Assembly (NCBI GenBank): GCA_965237675.1
Contig: OZ250150.1
Location: 2,144,001 to 2,208,000, forward strand
Origin: Candidatus Latescibacterota bacterium
GTDB taxonomy: Bacteria > Latescibacterota > UBA2968 > GCA-2709665
Direction: 5' to 3'
DNA length: 64,000 nucleotides
Shown: one piece after another, positions 48,465 through 58,453 of the stretch
Numbering within the stretch: the stretch's first letter is position 1
Layout: each line of letters begins with the position of its first letter
Translations under genes and position numbers: made by a program
Notes under the pieces: model-generated
What the model saw: only the letters and a program-made list of their open reading frames with translations
Told to the model about the DNA's origin: nothing
Databases searched by the model: none

Positions 48465-49577
48465 ATGATGACAAACGCAACCTTTTTCCATGTGAGTAAA
48501 GAGCAGTCGCAAGTGAAGTCTGCTATTGTGGCGAAATATTTCGACGCCTGGTCCACGGTTATGGTTAGCACTCAAAGCAGGTATAACCGCAATAAAAAGA
48601 TCGCATATATTGACCTTTTCGCGGGGCCAGGGAGATATGCCGATGGGACAATCTCAACGCCGTTATGGGTCTTAAAGAAAGCCATTCAAAATGATGTATT
48701 GCGCGATTGTTTGGTCACGATATTCAATGACAAAGACGAACACAATACAAACTCACTTAAGCAGGCAATCAGCGAATTGCCCGGCATAGAGACACTCAAT
48801 TACCAGCCGATAATCAAAACCCAAGTGGTTGGCGACGAGATCGTGAGAATGTTCGAGCAAATGCAACTGATTCCTACATTGTTTTTTGTGGACCCATGGG
48901 GATACAAGGGACTTTCGCTTCGTCTGGTAAACTCCGTACTCAAGGATTGGGGCTGTGATTGTATCTTTTTCTTCAACTACAATCGAATTAACATGGGCTT
49001 GAATAACGATGCGGTACGGGAACATATGAACGCGTTATTTGGCGAAGAACGGGCCGACACTTTGCGCCCCAAACTCGAAAGTCTTTCACCACAAGATCGT
49101 GAGTTGGCAATTGTTGAGGAACTCTGTAACGCCATTCGAGATTTAGGGGCTCAATTTGTCCTTCCATTTACGTTCAAGGATCATGGCGGGTCACGAACAA
49201 GCCACCATTTGATCTTTGTGAGTAAGCATATGAAGGGGTACGAAATAATGAAGGATATTATGGCTAGCGAGTCGTCTGCGAGTCAACAAGGTGTCGCGAG
49301 TTTCGAATACAACCCAGCTGATAGCCGACAGCCGTTTCTATTTGAATACTCGCGCCCTCTTGATGATTTGGGGGGCATGTTACTTGAAGAATTCTCCGGA
49401 CAGAAATTGAAGATGTCCGCTATTTATGAACAACATAACTTAAACAAACCCTACACCGCGAGTAATTATAAACAGGTTCTAATTCAGTTGGAGCAACAGG
49501 GGAAGATCGTTGCCTCCAAACATAGAAAAAACACATTTGGCGACAACGTTGTTGTTACTTTTCCTCACCGACGATAG
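48465..49577 (+). CDS. tcmP: Three-Cys-motif partner protein TcmP (methyltransferase-like, C-terminal wHTH-like), copy 1
   Basis: QSQVKSAIVAKYF..W, YIDLFAGPG, STP, FVDPWG; directly downstream of DUF5131. Confidence 0.85.
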   Translation: MMTNATFFHVSKEQSQVKSAIVAKYFDAWSTVMVSTQSRYNRNKKIAYIDLFAGPGRYADGTISTPLWVLKKAIQNDVLRDCLVTIFNDKDEHNTNSLKQAISELPGIETLNYQPIIKTQVVGDEIVRMFEQMQLIPTLFFVDPWGYKGLSLRLVNSVLKDWGCDCIFFFNYNRINMGLNNDAVREHMNALFGEERADTLRPKLESLSPQDRELAIVEELCNAIRDLGAQFVLPFTFKDHGGSRTSHHLIFVSKHMKGYEIMKDIMASESSASQQGVASFEYNPADSRQPFLFEYSRPLDDLGGMLLEEFSGQKLKMSAIYEQHNLNKPYTASNYKQVLIQLEQQGKIVASKHRKNTFGDNVVVTFPHRR

Positions 49578-49892
49578 AATTGTTCGGAGGGTGCCAATGA
49601 CATTACGGCATCCGTCGCCGTCCATATGACACCAACCCAAATCGGCTTTGTCCTAAGTGTCTACAGTCTTGGGAAGCGTAGGGGGCGACGCATTGCCAAG
49701 AAATACTCACACCAGCCGCGCTTCGGACCGCGCGAACCGCTGCTCCAGATGGGTCGGATTCGGCCAAGACGAGATTTTTTGCTTGGGCACAGGTTCGACT
49801 TAGGATTTGTGAATCGACAATATTTGGCTACTTCTCGCGGTTTGGCTGCTGCATATGCTAAAGACGATAAACTCACGACGATGGGAAGGAAA

Positions 49893-50102
49893 ATGAAGTT
49901 AGACATTGATGCACTGCTGGAGAAAAACGCCAACGTATGAGACTTTGTCGAGAAAAACCAGGTGTTGCCTTGGAAATGTCCACCGGCAAGAAAAGCGAAA
50001 TACCGACTTGAAGACCCTTTCGGGGCTAGACGTCAGGCCGACGATGCGCCTGTCAGCCATCTCAGACCAAAGGTGACGTCTATCACAATCAATCGTCTTT
50101 AA
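49893..50102 (+). pseudogene. Small hypothetical protein, copy 1, with an internal nonsense codon
   Basis: MKLDIDALLEKNANV*DFVEKNQ...KCPPARKAKYRLEDPFGARR; TGA at 49938 aligns with AGA in the intact copy at 54033. Confidence 0.75.
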
Positions 50103-50248
50103 TGTAATTTCAGGTCTTTCTCTTGCCCAAAATCACCGCACTTAAGTCAGAGTATGAATTGTCTGACAAATTATCGGCGCGTACGGAACGATCAAAACGG
50201 AACAGCAAGGTCAAAATGACAAACTTCACCCCATAGAGGATTGTTAAA

Positions 50249-51010
50249 ATGGCCGACAAGTCTGCGATTGAATGGACCGACGCAACGTGGAATCCAGTTA
50301 CCGGCTGCACCAAAGTCACGCGTGGCTGCGACAACTGTTACGCCGAGCGAATTGCCGAACGGTTTCGCGGCGTAAAGGGCCATCCATTCGAAAACGGGTT
50401 CGAGCTCACGCTCCGACCAGAGCGGCTTTCCCAACCGCTTTCCTGGAAACGCCCGCGAAGAGTATTTGTGAATTCGATGAGTGACCTGTTTCACAATAAG
50501 ATTCCGACAGATTTTATAGATCGCGTCTTCGACACGATGGAGGATGCCAACCGTCACATTTTTCAGATCCTAACAAAACGAAGTTCACTTATGCAGAATT
50601 ATCTGCAGGGAAGATATGGGCACGGGGCAGCACCGCGTCACATCTGGTGCGGAGTGTCCGTTGAAGACCACACCGCAACCGCCAGAATCCGGCACCTCCA
50701 GAAGGCACCGGTGCCGATTCGTTTCCTTTCAATAGAACCACTTCTGGGTCCTGTGGGAAAAATCGACCTGGAAGGGATATCCTGGGTAATTGTAGGCGGC
50801 GAAAGCGGCCCAAACGCTCGGCCCATGAAAGAATGTTGGGTAATAGAAGTCAAGGAAATCTGCGAACGCAATGGGGTCGATTTCTTCTTCAAGCAATGGG
50901 GCGGACTGACCTCAAAATCGGGTGGGCGACGCCTCAAAGGGATCGAGTACAACGCCATGCCTGTACACACTACAATGGAGCAAGACTGTGAATTTCAACT
51001 GGCACCCTAA
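50249..51010 (+). CDS. DUF5131 three-Cys-motif protein, copy 2
   Basis: SAIEWTDATWNPVTGCTKVTRGCDNCYA, FVNSMSDLFH, GGESG, FFFKQWGG. Confidence 0.92.
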   Translation: MADKSAIEWTDATWNPVTGCTKVTRGCDNCYAERIAERFRGVKGHPFENGFELTLRPERLSQPLSWKRPRRVFVNSMSDLFHNKIPTDFIDRVFDTMEDANRHIFQILTKRSSLMQNYLQGRYGHGAAPRHIWCGVSVEDHTATARIRHLQKAPVPIRFLSIEPLLGPVGKIDLEGISWVIVGGESGPNARPMKECWVIEVKEICERNGVDFFFKQWGGLTSKSGGRRLKGIEYNAMPVHTTMEQDCEFQLAP

Positions 51011-51934
51011 AGATCCTCCACCTTGTATTGACGAACACAGCAAAGCGAAGTTGGAAGTATTGCGTAGCTACCTTCGCGCCTATTTCGATAGGTTGAATGT
51101 CAACCCCAGTCGTGAAGAATTCAGAATCGATCTTGTCGATGGCTTTGCCGGCGGTGGCACGTTTCTGGACGGCGAAAAAATCGTCTCAGGGACGCCTCTG
51201 ATTATGCTGGAAGAGAGCAAAGCGGCGATGGAAAGGCTGAACGAAAATCGCACCAAGCCACTGCGTTTTGATTGCAAATGCTATTTTATCGAAAAAGAAG
51301 CCGCGCATGCGGCTCATCTCCAAAGGGTTCTAAAGGAACGAGAATACGTCTTGGATGACGGCAGAATCGTTGTCCGAAACAGCCTATTTGAAGATGAAGT
51401 CGAAGACATCCTGGCCAAAGTCAAGCACCGCCAGCCTCGCGCAGGTCGTGCGATTTTTCTTCTCGATCAGACCGGATTCTCGCAAGTGGAACTTAAGATT
51501 GTAGCCAAGATAATGCGTGAATTGCCGGCGGCGGAGGTCATCTTGACATTTGCCGCTGAGGCCCTCACAAAACATCTCGCTAATACACCCGAGATGATCA
51601 CGATGGTCGCGCCGCTTGAATTGACCGAATCACAGATACAAGACTTGATTCTACTCAAGAATGGCAACGCAGGAAAAGCGCTCGTTCAAAGGACGCTGCG
51701 CGAGCATATACGCCTAGTAACGGGCGCAACGTACGATACGCCCTTTTTCATACGCCCCAAAATTTCGCGTCGCGCTTTGTGGTTTCTCCATCTGTCAAAA
51801 CATCCGACGGCACGCGACGTCATGATTCAACGTCATTGGGAAATACAGAATACGTTTGAACACTATGGTTCTGGCGATTTCGGGATGCTGGGTTGGGACA
51901 CATTGAGGGATCCTGGAACAATTCCGCTCTTTAG

Positions 51935-53622
51935 CCCGATTAATTCATGAATCGTCAGATAGAGCATTTTAAGGAAGCAGAAAGAGCTTCCGAGTGAGAC
52001 AAGAAACGAAAGCGCATGGGCTGTGACGGATTTGGCGTGTTCAAGCCGTTTGGGCGGCGCCTGCTTTGCCTCGTGACGTCAGGTTGACCTCGATGCCCGT
52101 GTCAAGCGCACAGACTTCTCCATGACCTTTGGTGGTGGTCGATGCAAATGTGAAGGCGGGGTCAGCACGTCGATGGGTTATGGAACACCCGTTGCCAGAT
52201 TATAGAGGATCTTGCCATAAAGGTGTTTGAGTGGAAACGCCGTTGGCAGATGGAACTTGATTTTAGTTTTCAACTCACAAACGCGCCCGGCGACTTTCAA
52301 GAGACGATTTTGCAGGGTATTGAACTGTGCGTTGGTCCACTTCGTGCCGCGCAATCCGATTGCAGCCAGGCTGTGCATCAGGACATAGGCGGCGCTGTGG
52401 AGAAAGAGACGGAAGTGATTGGCCTGGAAGGTGTGACAAGAGGTGCGATCGGAATGGAGAAAGGTCTTGTGATTTTTGATGAAGTTTTCCATCCTGCCGC
52501 GTGTGCAATAGGCGGTTTTGTAGATGAATGACGGTTGGGCGCGCTTCAGGTTGGTGACCACGAATCGGATATTGACACCTTGCGGTGTCACTTCCGCCTT
52601 GCAGACGATGCGTTGTGGACACGCCCAGGTGCCGGCCTGATAGGCCCAACAGCGATAAAGGCGCACGGTTTCTCCGGAATCGGCATACCGCGTTTTGGCC
52701 TGGTCTATCAAGGACTGTGCCTTCCGCAGGAGTTTGGCGTTGCCGTTCTGTCCGAGGACAAAATACACATCTTCTTCCTCACACAACACGTGCACTTCCG
52801 GACACGAAAAATGCGCATCGCCACGTAACAGGATCTCCACGTCGGGCCAGGCTTTACGCAGGTAGGCGATCACCCGTTTGAGGATGGTGACGATCTCTTT
52901 ACCCGCAGGCCGCCTGCCAGGACGCAAGACCGTCGTGATCAACTTGCCGGTTTGGCCTTCATAGATATGCAGGGGCTGGTAGCAATAGCCATTGAAATAC
53001 GCATTGAACAACGACAACTGTTGAGACCCATGCACCTTGTCTTCGGTGTCATCGATGTCCAACAGAATGGCTTCCGGCGGTTCCTCATACGAGGCGACAA
53101 ACACATCCGCAAAGGCCTTGGCGATCCGATACAAATCGGTTCTGCTGATGCGGTTCTCGAACCGACTCATCGTGGGCTGACTGGCCAGGTCCGCGCCAGA
53201 CAACGGCAACCGATCACAGGCCGCCTTGAAGCCGGGGTCCTCGCGTAACGTCTTGCAATCATTCGCATCCTCATACCCACAGGCCATCTGAAAGACACGT
53301 TGTTTGATCAGGTCCATCATCGAATGATGTACGTAACTTTGATGTCGATGATCGGTGAGCGCCGCAACCATCCGATGCAAAATGCCGACATTGGCCTCGA
53401 CCTCACGAAGCAGCATCACCCCGACGTCGGTCGTCAGCACGCCCCCGTCGAACGTGGCTTCTACCTGCCTACCAGAAAGACTTGCGAAAGACAACCTGTG
53501 ATGTTTATCTTGAACTCCCACGGTAGTTTCCTCCTGTTTCATTGTTATTAGGTTATTTGCGTAACCATAATATAATACAATGACTTGGGTATGGAAACTA
53601 CCTTTTTTGTGAATTATTCAGG
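51935..53622 (-). mobile_element. IS1380-family insertion sequence, 1688 bp
   Basis: Imperfect 14-bp TIRs CCCGATTAATTCAT / GTGAATTATTCAGG; 4-bp direct repeat TTAG at 51931-51934 and 53623-53626. Confidence 0.92.
52178..53542 (-). CDS. IS1380-family DDE transposase
   Basis: FDGG.LT.D.G, GYEDAND...LREDP, LASQPTMSRFEN, LDID, LRGD, RGRMENFIK. Confidence 0.95.
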   Translation of the reverse strand: MKQEETTVGVQDKHHRLSFASLSGRQVEATFDGGVLTTDVGVMLLREVEANVGILHRMVAALTDHRHQSYVHHSMMDLIKQRVFQMACGYEDANDCKTLREDPGFKAACDRLPLSGADLASQPTMSRFENRISRTDLYRIAKAFADVFVASYEEPPEAILLDIDDTEDKVHGSQQLSLFNAYFNGYCYQPLHIYEGQTGKLITTVLRPGRRPAGKEIVTILKRVIAYLRKAWPDVEILLRGDAHFSCPEVHVLCEEEDVYFVLGQNGNAKLLRKAQSLIDQAKTRYADSGETVRLYRCWAYQAGTWACPQRIVCKAEVTPQGVNIRFVVTNLKRAQPSFIYKTAYCTRGRMENFIKNHKTFLHSDRTSCHTFQANHFRLFLHSAAYVLMHSLAAIGLRGTKWTNAQFNTLQNRLLKVAGRVCELKTKIKFHLPTAFPLKHLYGKILYNLATGVP

Positions 53623-54032
53623 TTAGCTTTACTGAAATGGACCAAGATAAAATGCGCACGCAGCTTCTGGACACCATGCCGCGGGAACTCTTCAGTTTGG
53701 CATCCGAAGAACCTGTCACGATTGACGCGATGCGGCACAGGTTCGCAAACAGAACGGCAGCCCGTTATTCGGATCTCGATTCAATCGTACTGCAGCTTTT
53801 TCGCGAAGGCGAGATTGAGATTCTGGGCGCCGACAATAGGGTCCGCTCAACTACGTTACGAAATCTTAGAGCGTTCGACAGAATCGCAATGCCCACACAG
53901 ACGCGAATCCATTTCGAGGATTCACGCAGAGGTTCGAATCAGGGATCACACAAGATTTGACAGTTTCCCGCTGTGCGACAGCCAGTGCAAACGCGAAAAA
54001 CAACCAATCGGCAACGATGGGGAGAACAAAAT

Positions 54033-54218
54033 ATGGTAGATATTGATGCACTGCTGGAGAAAAATCCCAAGGTAAGAGAGGTTTTCGAGAAAAACCAGGC
54101 TTTGCTTTCGAAATGTCCACCGGCAAAGAAAGCGAAGTACCGACTTGGAGATCCGTTCGGGGCTAGACGTCCGGTTGACGATACGCCCGTCAGCCAACCC
54201 CGGCCAAAGGCGAGATAG
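54033..54218 (+). CDS. Small basic hypothetical protein (61 aa), copy 2, intact
   Basis: MVDIDALLEKNPKVREVFEKNQALLSKCPPAKKAKYRLGDPFGARR; GGAG upstream; homologous to 49893-50102. Confidence 0.7.
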   Translation: MVDIDALLEKNPKVREVFEKNQALLSKCPPAKKAKYRLGDPFGARRPVDDTPVSQPRPKAR

Positions 54219-54621
54219 GTCGTAGCCTGATATTCCTTCGACGAACGAAAAAAAGAAGCCGTGGCTGTTGTCGCCTCGGCTTCTTTGTTGGAAATCTCAC
54301 CGTCTCGATGCGGGAAATTTGCTTCTGGAGTCGTTCGGAACGGGTTGTGCGATACCTTGAGGTGATAATTCGTTTTCTGATGTGGCCGATCACTGTGATT
54401 CAGTAACTATTCGCGCACTTCCTGTATCTGGATCAGGCCAACAGTACCGGACGGCTCGTCTCGTTCAAGCCCCTGCCTAGCTAAATGCGGCCCTCGCTTG
54501 TGGAGCCCATGAAGCAGCCGGAGAGGCCGAATTTGCATCAATCAGGTGCCCCGTCTAACACGGTCGACGAATGCGAACCAATCCACGATATCCAATATTT
54601 CCACTATAGATCAAGGATGTG

Positions 54622-54822
54622 CTAAGCTTCTAGTGCTTCCCGAATCGCCTTTTCCATACTTGGGCGAACTTTGTCCATGCTCCTACGGGCGGAGTCCTCA
54701 GCCATCTGCAGGATTTCCGCAAGCTCTTCGCCCTTAGGTTCGGGCGGAGTCGCTATATCAGGCGTCGGATGTTTCTCCTTGTGCACCCGCGCCGTTTTCA
54801 ACTGGCGTGATGTCCGAGCCAT
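54622..54822 (-). CDS. Small hypothetical protein (66 aa)
   Basis: AGGAGG upstream of the ATG; overlaps the end of the preceding gene; helical C-terminus. Confidence 0.4.
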   Translation of the reverse strand: MARTSRQLKTARVHKEKHPTPDIATPPEPKGEELAEILQMAEDSARRSMDKVRPSMEKAIREALEA

Positions 54823-56169
54823 ATCTTTTCCTCCTGAATGAAGTTCTATCGAAATAAGATGGATTTAACTCAGGCGAGAAATAGTGTTTGCGCTTAATCC
54901 AAATCAACCCATCGCCCTTCGTAATTAACGCAACGTCGGTTGGACCACCAACTGTTTCTTCATCGCTCGATACGCGTCTCTTGAGCGCAGTCAGACTTAC
55001 AAGTGATTCAGCCATTTCCGCAAGTTGTTCCTTAGGAAGCATAGCCACCACATTCATAATGGGCTGCGAAAAAAACCGCGCTCCAAACCCTTCGACGCTG
55101 TCCATAAAGGAATCGGCTACTTGAGTGTGATATTGATCCAAGACGTCACGCAGTTTCTCTGTTTCAATATTCGAGTGTTTGCTGAGTGATCGCATCAAGT
55201 CGTCAGTGTATTGCTCCAAGTGAGACACCACAGATCGGTGAAGATAGGGGAGGTAACCAGGTGCTATTCCCTCCATGAATTGATAAACCATATCGATCTG
55301 TGCGAATGGCACGATCGCTGACTGATTGTCTGGGTTGAGAGTCACTTCATGTTTGTCTGGATGAATCTTTAATCTGTTTTGTACCATCCCTTCAACATGT
55401 GCTCGCGAAATAGCAGGGAAGAAATCCTGCTCGCCGAAACCGGAGACGACAACACCGGAAGTGAAGCCAGAAGGCGGGTGGCGTGTAATCGTATCAAAGA
55501 ACCCGCATATCGCCTTAACTGCGATATAATTGAGTTTTTGCTGGAGAGCCCTCGCCGAAGATGTAACTGATCAAACACCGACGCGCGTGCGCTTCGAAGG
55601 TGCCCACGTAGTGATTTGCGCACGGACCTTTCGAACTCCCGGGGCGCACCTTCAATTGCAGGGGCACTCTTGGCTCTTGAGTGATACTCGTCAACGACTT
55701 CCTCGGTCAGTTCATGTTCCATCTGTGCGAATTTTTCAATTTCAAATCGTCCGCTTTCTTCGACAGCTTTAGCGATCGTTTTGTCGATCCTTTGCTGTAT
55801 TTCCTGTCGAATCTCAGAGAAGATCTGCTGGGATAAGCGTACGGCATAGTCCAACTGCTGTTGGTCGCTTATTCGGTCACCTATGTGATGTTCCAAGAAT
55901 CTGCAGAAATCGTTGGCGTACTCGTGGAGTTTCGCGAAGGTCTTTCTTCCGAGAATACACCGATACTCTTTCACTATTGTTTCCCATGGGATCGACATGA
56001 AACTGGCGTTGCCATACACGAGAATTCCAACTGGTGCGACCTCGGAGAGAGCGAAGAGTTTATTTGCTGACGAGAAAATCTTCTGATTGCCGCCTGGATA
56101 TGCTGTAATTGCGCTATCCGCTGCCAATGCGACAGCTTGTAGATTGAGGATGGCTATTTCGGCTGTCAT
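54758..56169 (-). pseudogene. Ntn-hydrolase/proteasome-beta-like protein split by one frameshift
   Basis: N-terminus MTAEIAILN..AVALAADSA.T, NKLF; frame changes near the A5 tract (55535-55539); continues SGVVVSGFGEQDFFP...ETVGGPTDVALITKGDG. Confidence 0.7.
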
Positions 56170-56432
56170 AATCTATAGAGCCTTAGTTGTTACCCGAGTT
56201 CCGGATTCATAGCAATTGGTGTAGATGACCCCGAAAGCAGTCAAGTATTCCTTAAATGCTATAGTGCCACGGTAGCTTTAGGTACCCGAATATAATTTCA
56301 CGATAACAGACAGAAAAGTCAAATCTACCCACGTCGCAAACGGCTCGATGCCAGCGCGAACGCAGAAAAACAAGATCTGCCGTACTTACGACCTAGGAGC
56401 CTGCGCTTCAGAACGGATTTGAGCACCGTATT

Positions 56433-56479
56433 ACACTATATATGGTGTCCACAAGTGAATTTTTGACAATATATAGTCT
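56433..56479. promoter_or_regulatory. Tandem NrdR-box-like sites
   Basis: ACACTATATATGGTGT (56433) and TGACAATATATAGTCT (56464), 31 bp apart; consensus acaCwAtATaTwGtgt. Confidence 0.6.
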
Positions 56480-56637
56480 GGTAAGTTTTCTGCGGCGCAG
56501 ACTCCTAGAATGGGCAGCATAAAGATTACTCGATTCTCCCACCCGTTCCGAGGAGTGAGGTGCCACAGAAGGCAATAGCTTGTGTCGAGGCCGCGCACGT
56601 TCGACTGCAAAACCCCTTCCTCGGATTAACGGGACGA

Positions 56638-56804
56638 CTATATCTCCGACTCGGGGGCAATGCGGCGAGCCGGGTATCGCACGTACTTGCGTCCGGAAAC
56701 CTCTTGTTTTGCTCGAATAACTTTGAATATGGCTTCGACGTCGTAGCCAAATCTCGCCGCGTGTTCATCCCTGACAGCACGGACTTCGGCGATAATCGGG
56801 TCAA
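56638..56804 (-). pseudogene. Small antitoxin-like protein remnant, start unclear
   Basis: DPIIAEVRAVRDEHAARFGYDVEAIF resembles small proteins usually encoded after PIN toxins. Confidence 0.45.
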
Positions 56805-56937
56805 CCTGTAGTGTATTTATAGTCCAGTTCCATCCGTTCAATTGGTGTACGGCCGGTAGAAGACTTGCATTTCGACTGCCAACATAGATGCGTTTTCAGG
56901 TAGCTGTCGCCGATATCTAACACGCAATTCGCATCAT

Positions 56938-58098
56938 TCAAGATTCCCGGCGACCGCCGCTGCCTCGTGTCACCCTGCACCCCTTCCGCCAATCTTCGAA
57001 GTCGAGTTGGTTGCAAAGGAAAAGTTCGTATTGTTCTCCATCGTCAGTGCTCGGATCGATGATTCCGCCCTCGCCGTCGGTGGCCAGGAATCCTTCAAGT
57101 TCTCCCGGGTAAAGTACGGGGATTTTCATCCTTGAGCCCCAACGCGTGCGTGCTTCGTCGTAAACTTCGCCCTTGCCCGATCTTATGCGAAGCGTGACAG
57201 AATCATCGCCGCTGCTGGAGGAGTGGAATTTTTGGACAGCATAATTGATGCTGTCACCTTCGTAGAAATAGAACCGGCCCGCGCCGCGAGGTTTCCAATT
57301 CGGCGCCACCATTGATTTCTTGTGGTCGTCAAAACTTACGTAACGTACGCGGGCTAGTCGGGTCTGGTGAAAACGGAGTTCGTAGTATCCTGGGTGATTA
57401 TTCTCCGATACTAATTCTCCGCGAGTCCATTCCTCTGGACGAGCCATATTATCTTCCGCTTCGGTGGTTTTTATCGTAAATTCAGGAAATGTGGTGTGGT
57501 AGAAGCTCACGTTACCCCCGGATTCGGAATTTGGTGGCCAAGAATCTGATTCGCTCAAATATCGTTTCATTCTTTCAAGCGGTGGCTTATCCAAGCTGAA
57601 GCGTTCCCGCCACATACGTTCAATCTCATGGGGTTGTGCGACGTCATTCGCGGGTGTATTGGTGTCACAAACACGCGTATAAATGTGATGAGCGCGGATT
57701 TTTTCGAACTTTTCGATTAGGTAGTACGGTTTGTGGGGAGCATCCTTGATTACCAAAACGTCGAGTAATTTTCCTTCGAGTTCGGTTTCTCTCAGGAAAA
57801 AATCAGGGAACCTCGATTGAAAGAACTTGCTCGCGTTATCGCGGAATAGACCTGCTAAGTCTGCCTGCGTTCTTCGGCCTGGATCTTCGTTTATCGGATG
57901 TACAGAATAGTCGCTGTCGTCAACCCCATATATCAAATATCGATCACCATCATGGTTGGCGTTCGCAAGGCACAGGACGTCGTGAATCAGATCGGTTTTC
58001 CTTCCCTGATGTTCACGCTTAAAGTCCCAATACGCACCTTCGGTTTTTCCACTGATAAGGGCCGAGATGGTCACATCAAACGCGTTCTCGTTGTTCAT
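56938..58098 (-). CDS. AlbA_2 (Schlafen-like) domain protein
   Basis: EGAYWDFKRE, LIHDVLCLAN, YLIYGVDD, IYTRV.DTN. Confidence 0.8.
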   Translation of the reverse strand: MNNENAFDVTISALISGKTEGAYWDFKREHQGRKTDLIHDVLCLANANHDGDRYLIYGVDDSDYSVHPINEDPGRRTQADLAGLFRDNASKFFQSRFPDFFLRETELEGKLLDVLVIKDAPHKPYYLIEKFEKIRAHHIYTRVCDTNTPANDVAQPHEIERMWRERFSLDKPPLERMKRYLSESDSWPPNSESGGNVSFYHTTFPEFTIKTTEAEDNMARPEEWTRGELVSENNHPGYYELRFHQTRLARVRYVSFDDHKKSMVAPNWKPRGAGRFYFYEGDSINYAVQKFHSSSSGDDSVTLRIRSGKGEVYDEARTRWGSRMKIPVLYPGELEGFLATDGEGGIIDPSTDDGEQYELFLCNQLDFEDWRKGCRVTRGSGGRRES

Positions 58099-58453
58099 TT
58101 GACCTCCAGGCGCCGGAAGTTGGGCCACCGTGGTACTGGCGTTCAGCGGCGCCGTTTGCGATTCGCGCAATTGAAGCGGGATGGATTAAATCCCTTCATT
58201 GAATTGCGCCGAGCCGCGACCACGACCTGACCCGCAAGAACGAGTTTCTCATGGTAAGTCTGCTTGGGCAATCACGGCAGGGAACCTCGGCTACTTGTCT
58301 GTATGTTGTAGTCGGCCACCCTACCGTTTGTACGGGTCGAGCGGCTGCTATCGATGTAACGTCAATGGGGGTTGATGTCGAGCATTCCCGGTAAGGACGA
58401 CCCGTTCCACTCGCCGATTGTCCGCAGTGTCCGCACAACGATACGTATGGAAT

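Larger units (their letters stand above)
50988..53960 (+). pseudogene. tcmP: TcmP-like protein, copy 2, interrupted by IS1380
   Basis: HSKAKLEVLRSYL, LVDGFAGGG, GTP, LLDQTG; removing 51935-53626 restores IPLFSFTEMDQDK in frame (426 aa). Confidence 0.85.

Noticed and set aside
49626-49892. 104-aa ORF as a genuine gene
   Set aside because: Only its last 15 codons match the duplicated small ORF; the rest has no recognisable features
47607-51010. Prophage, based on the 'phage Gp37/Gp68' label
   Set aside because: No structural, terminase or integrase genes in the window
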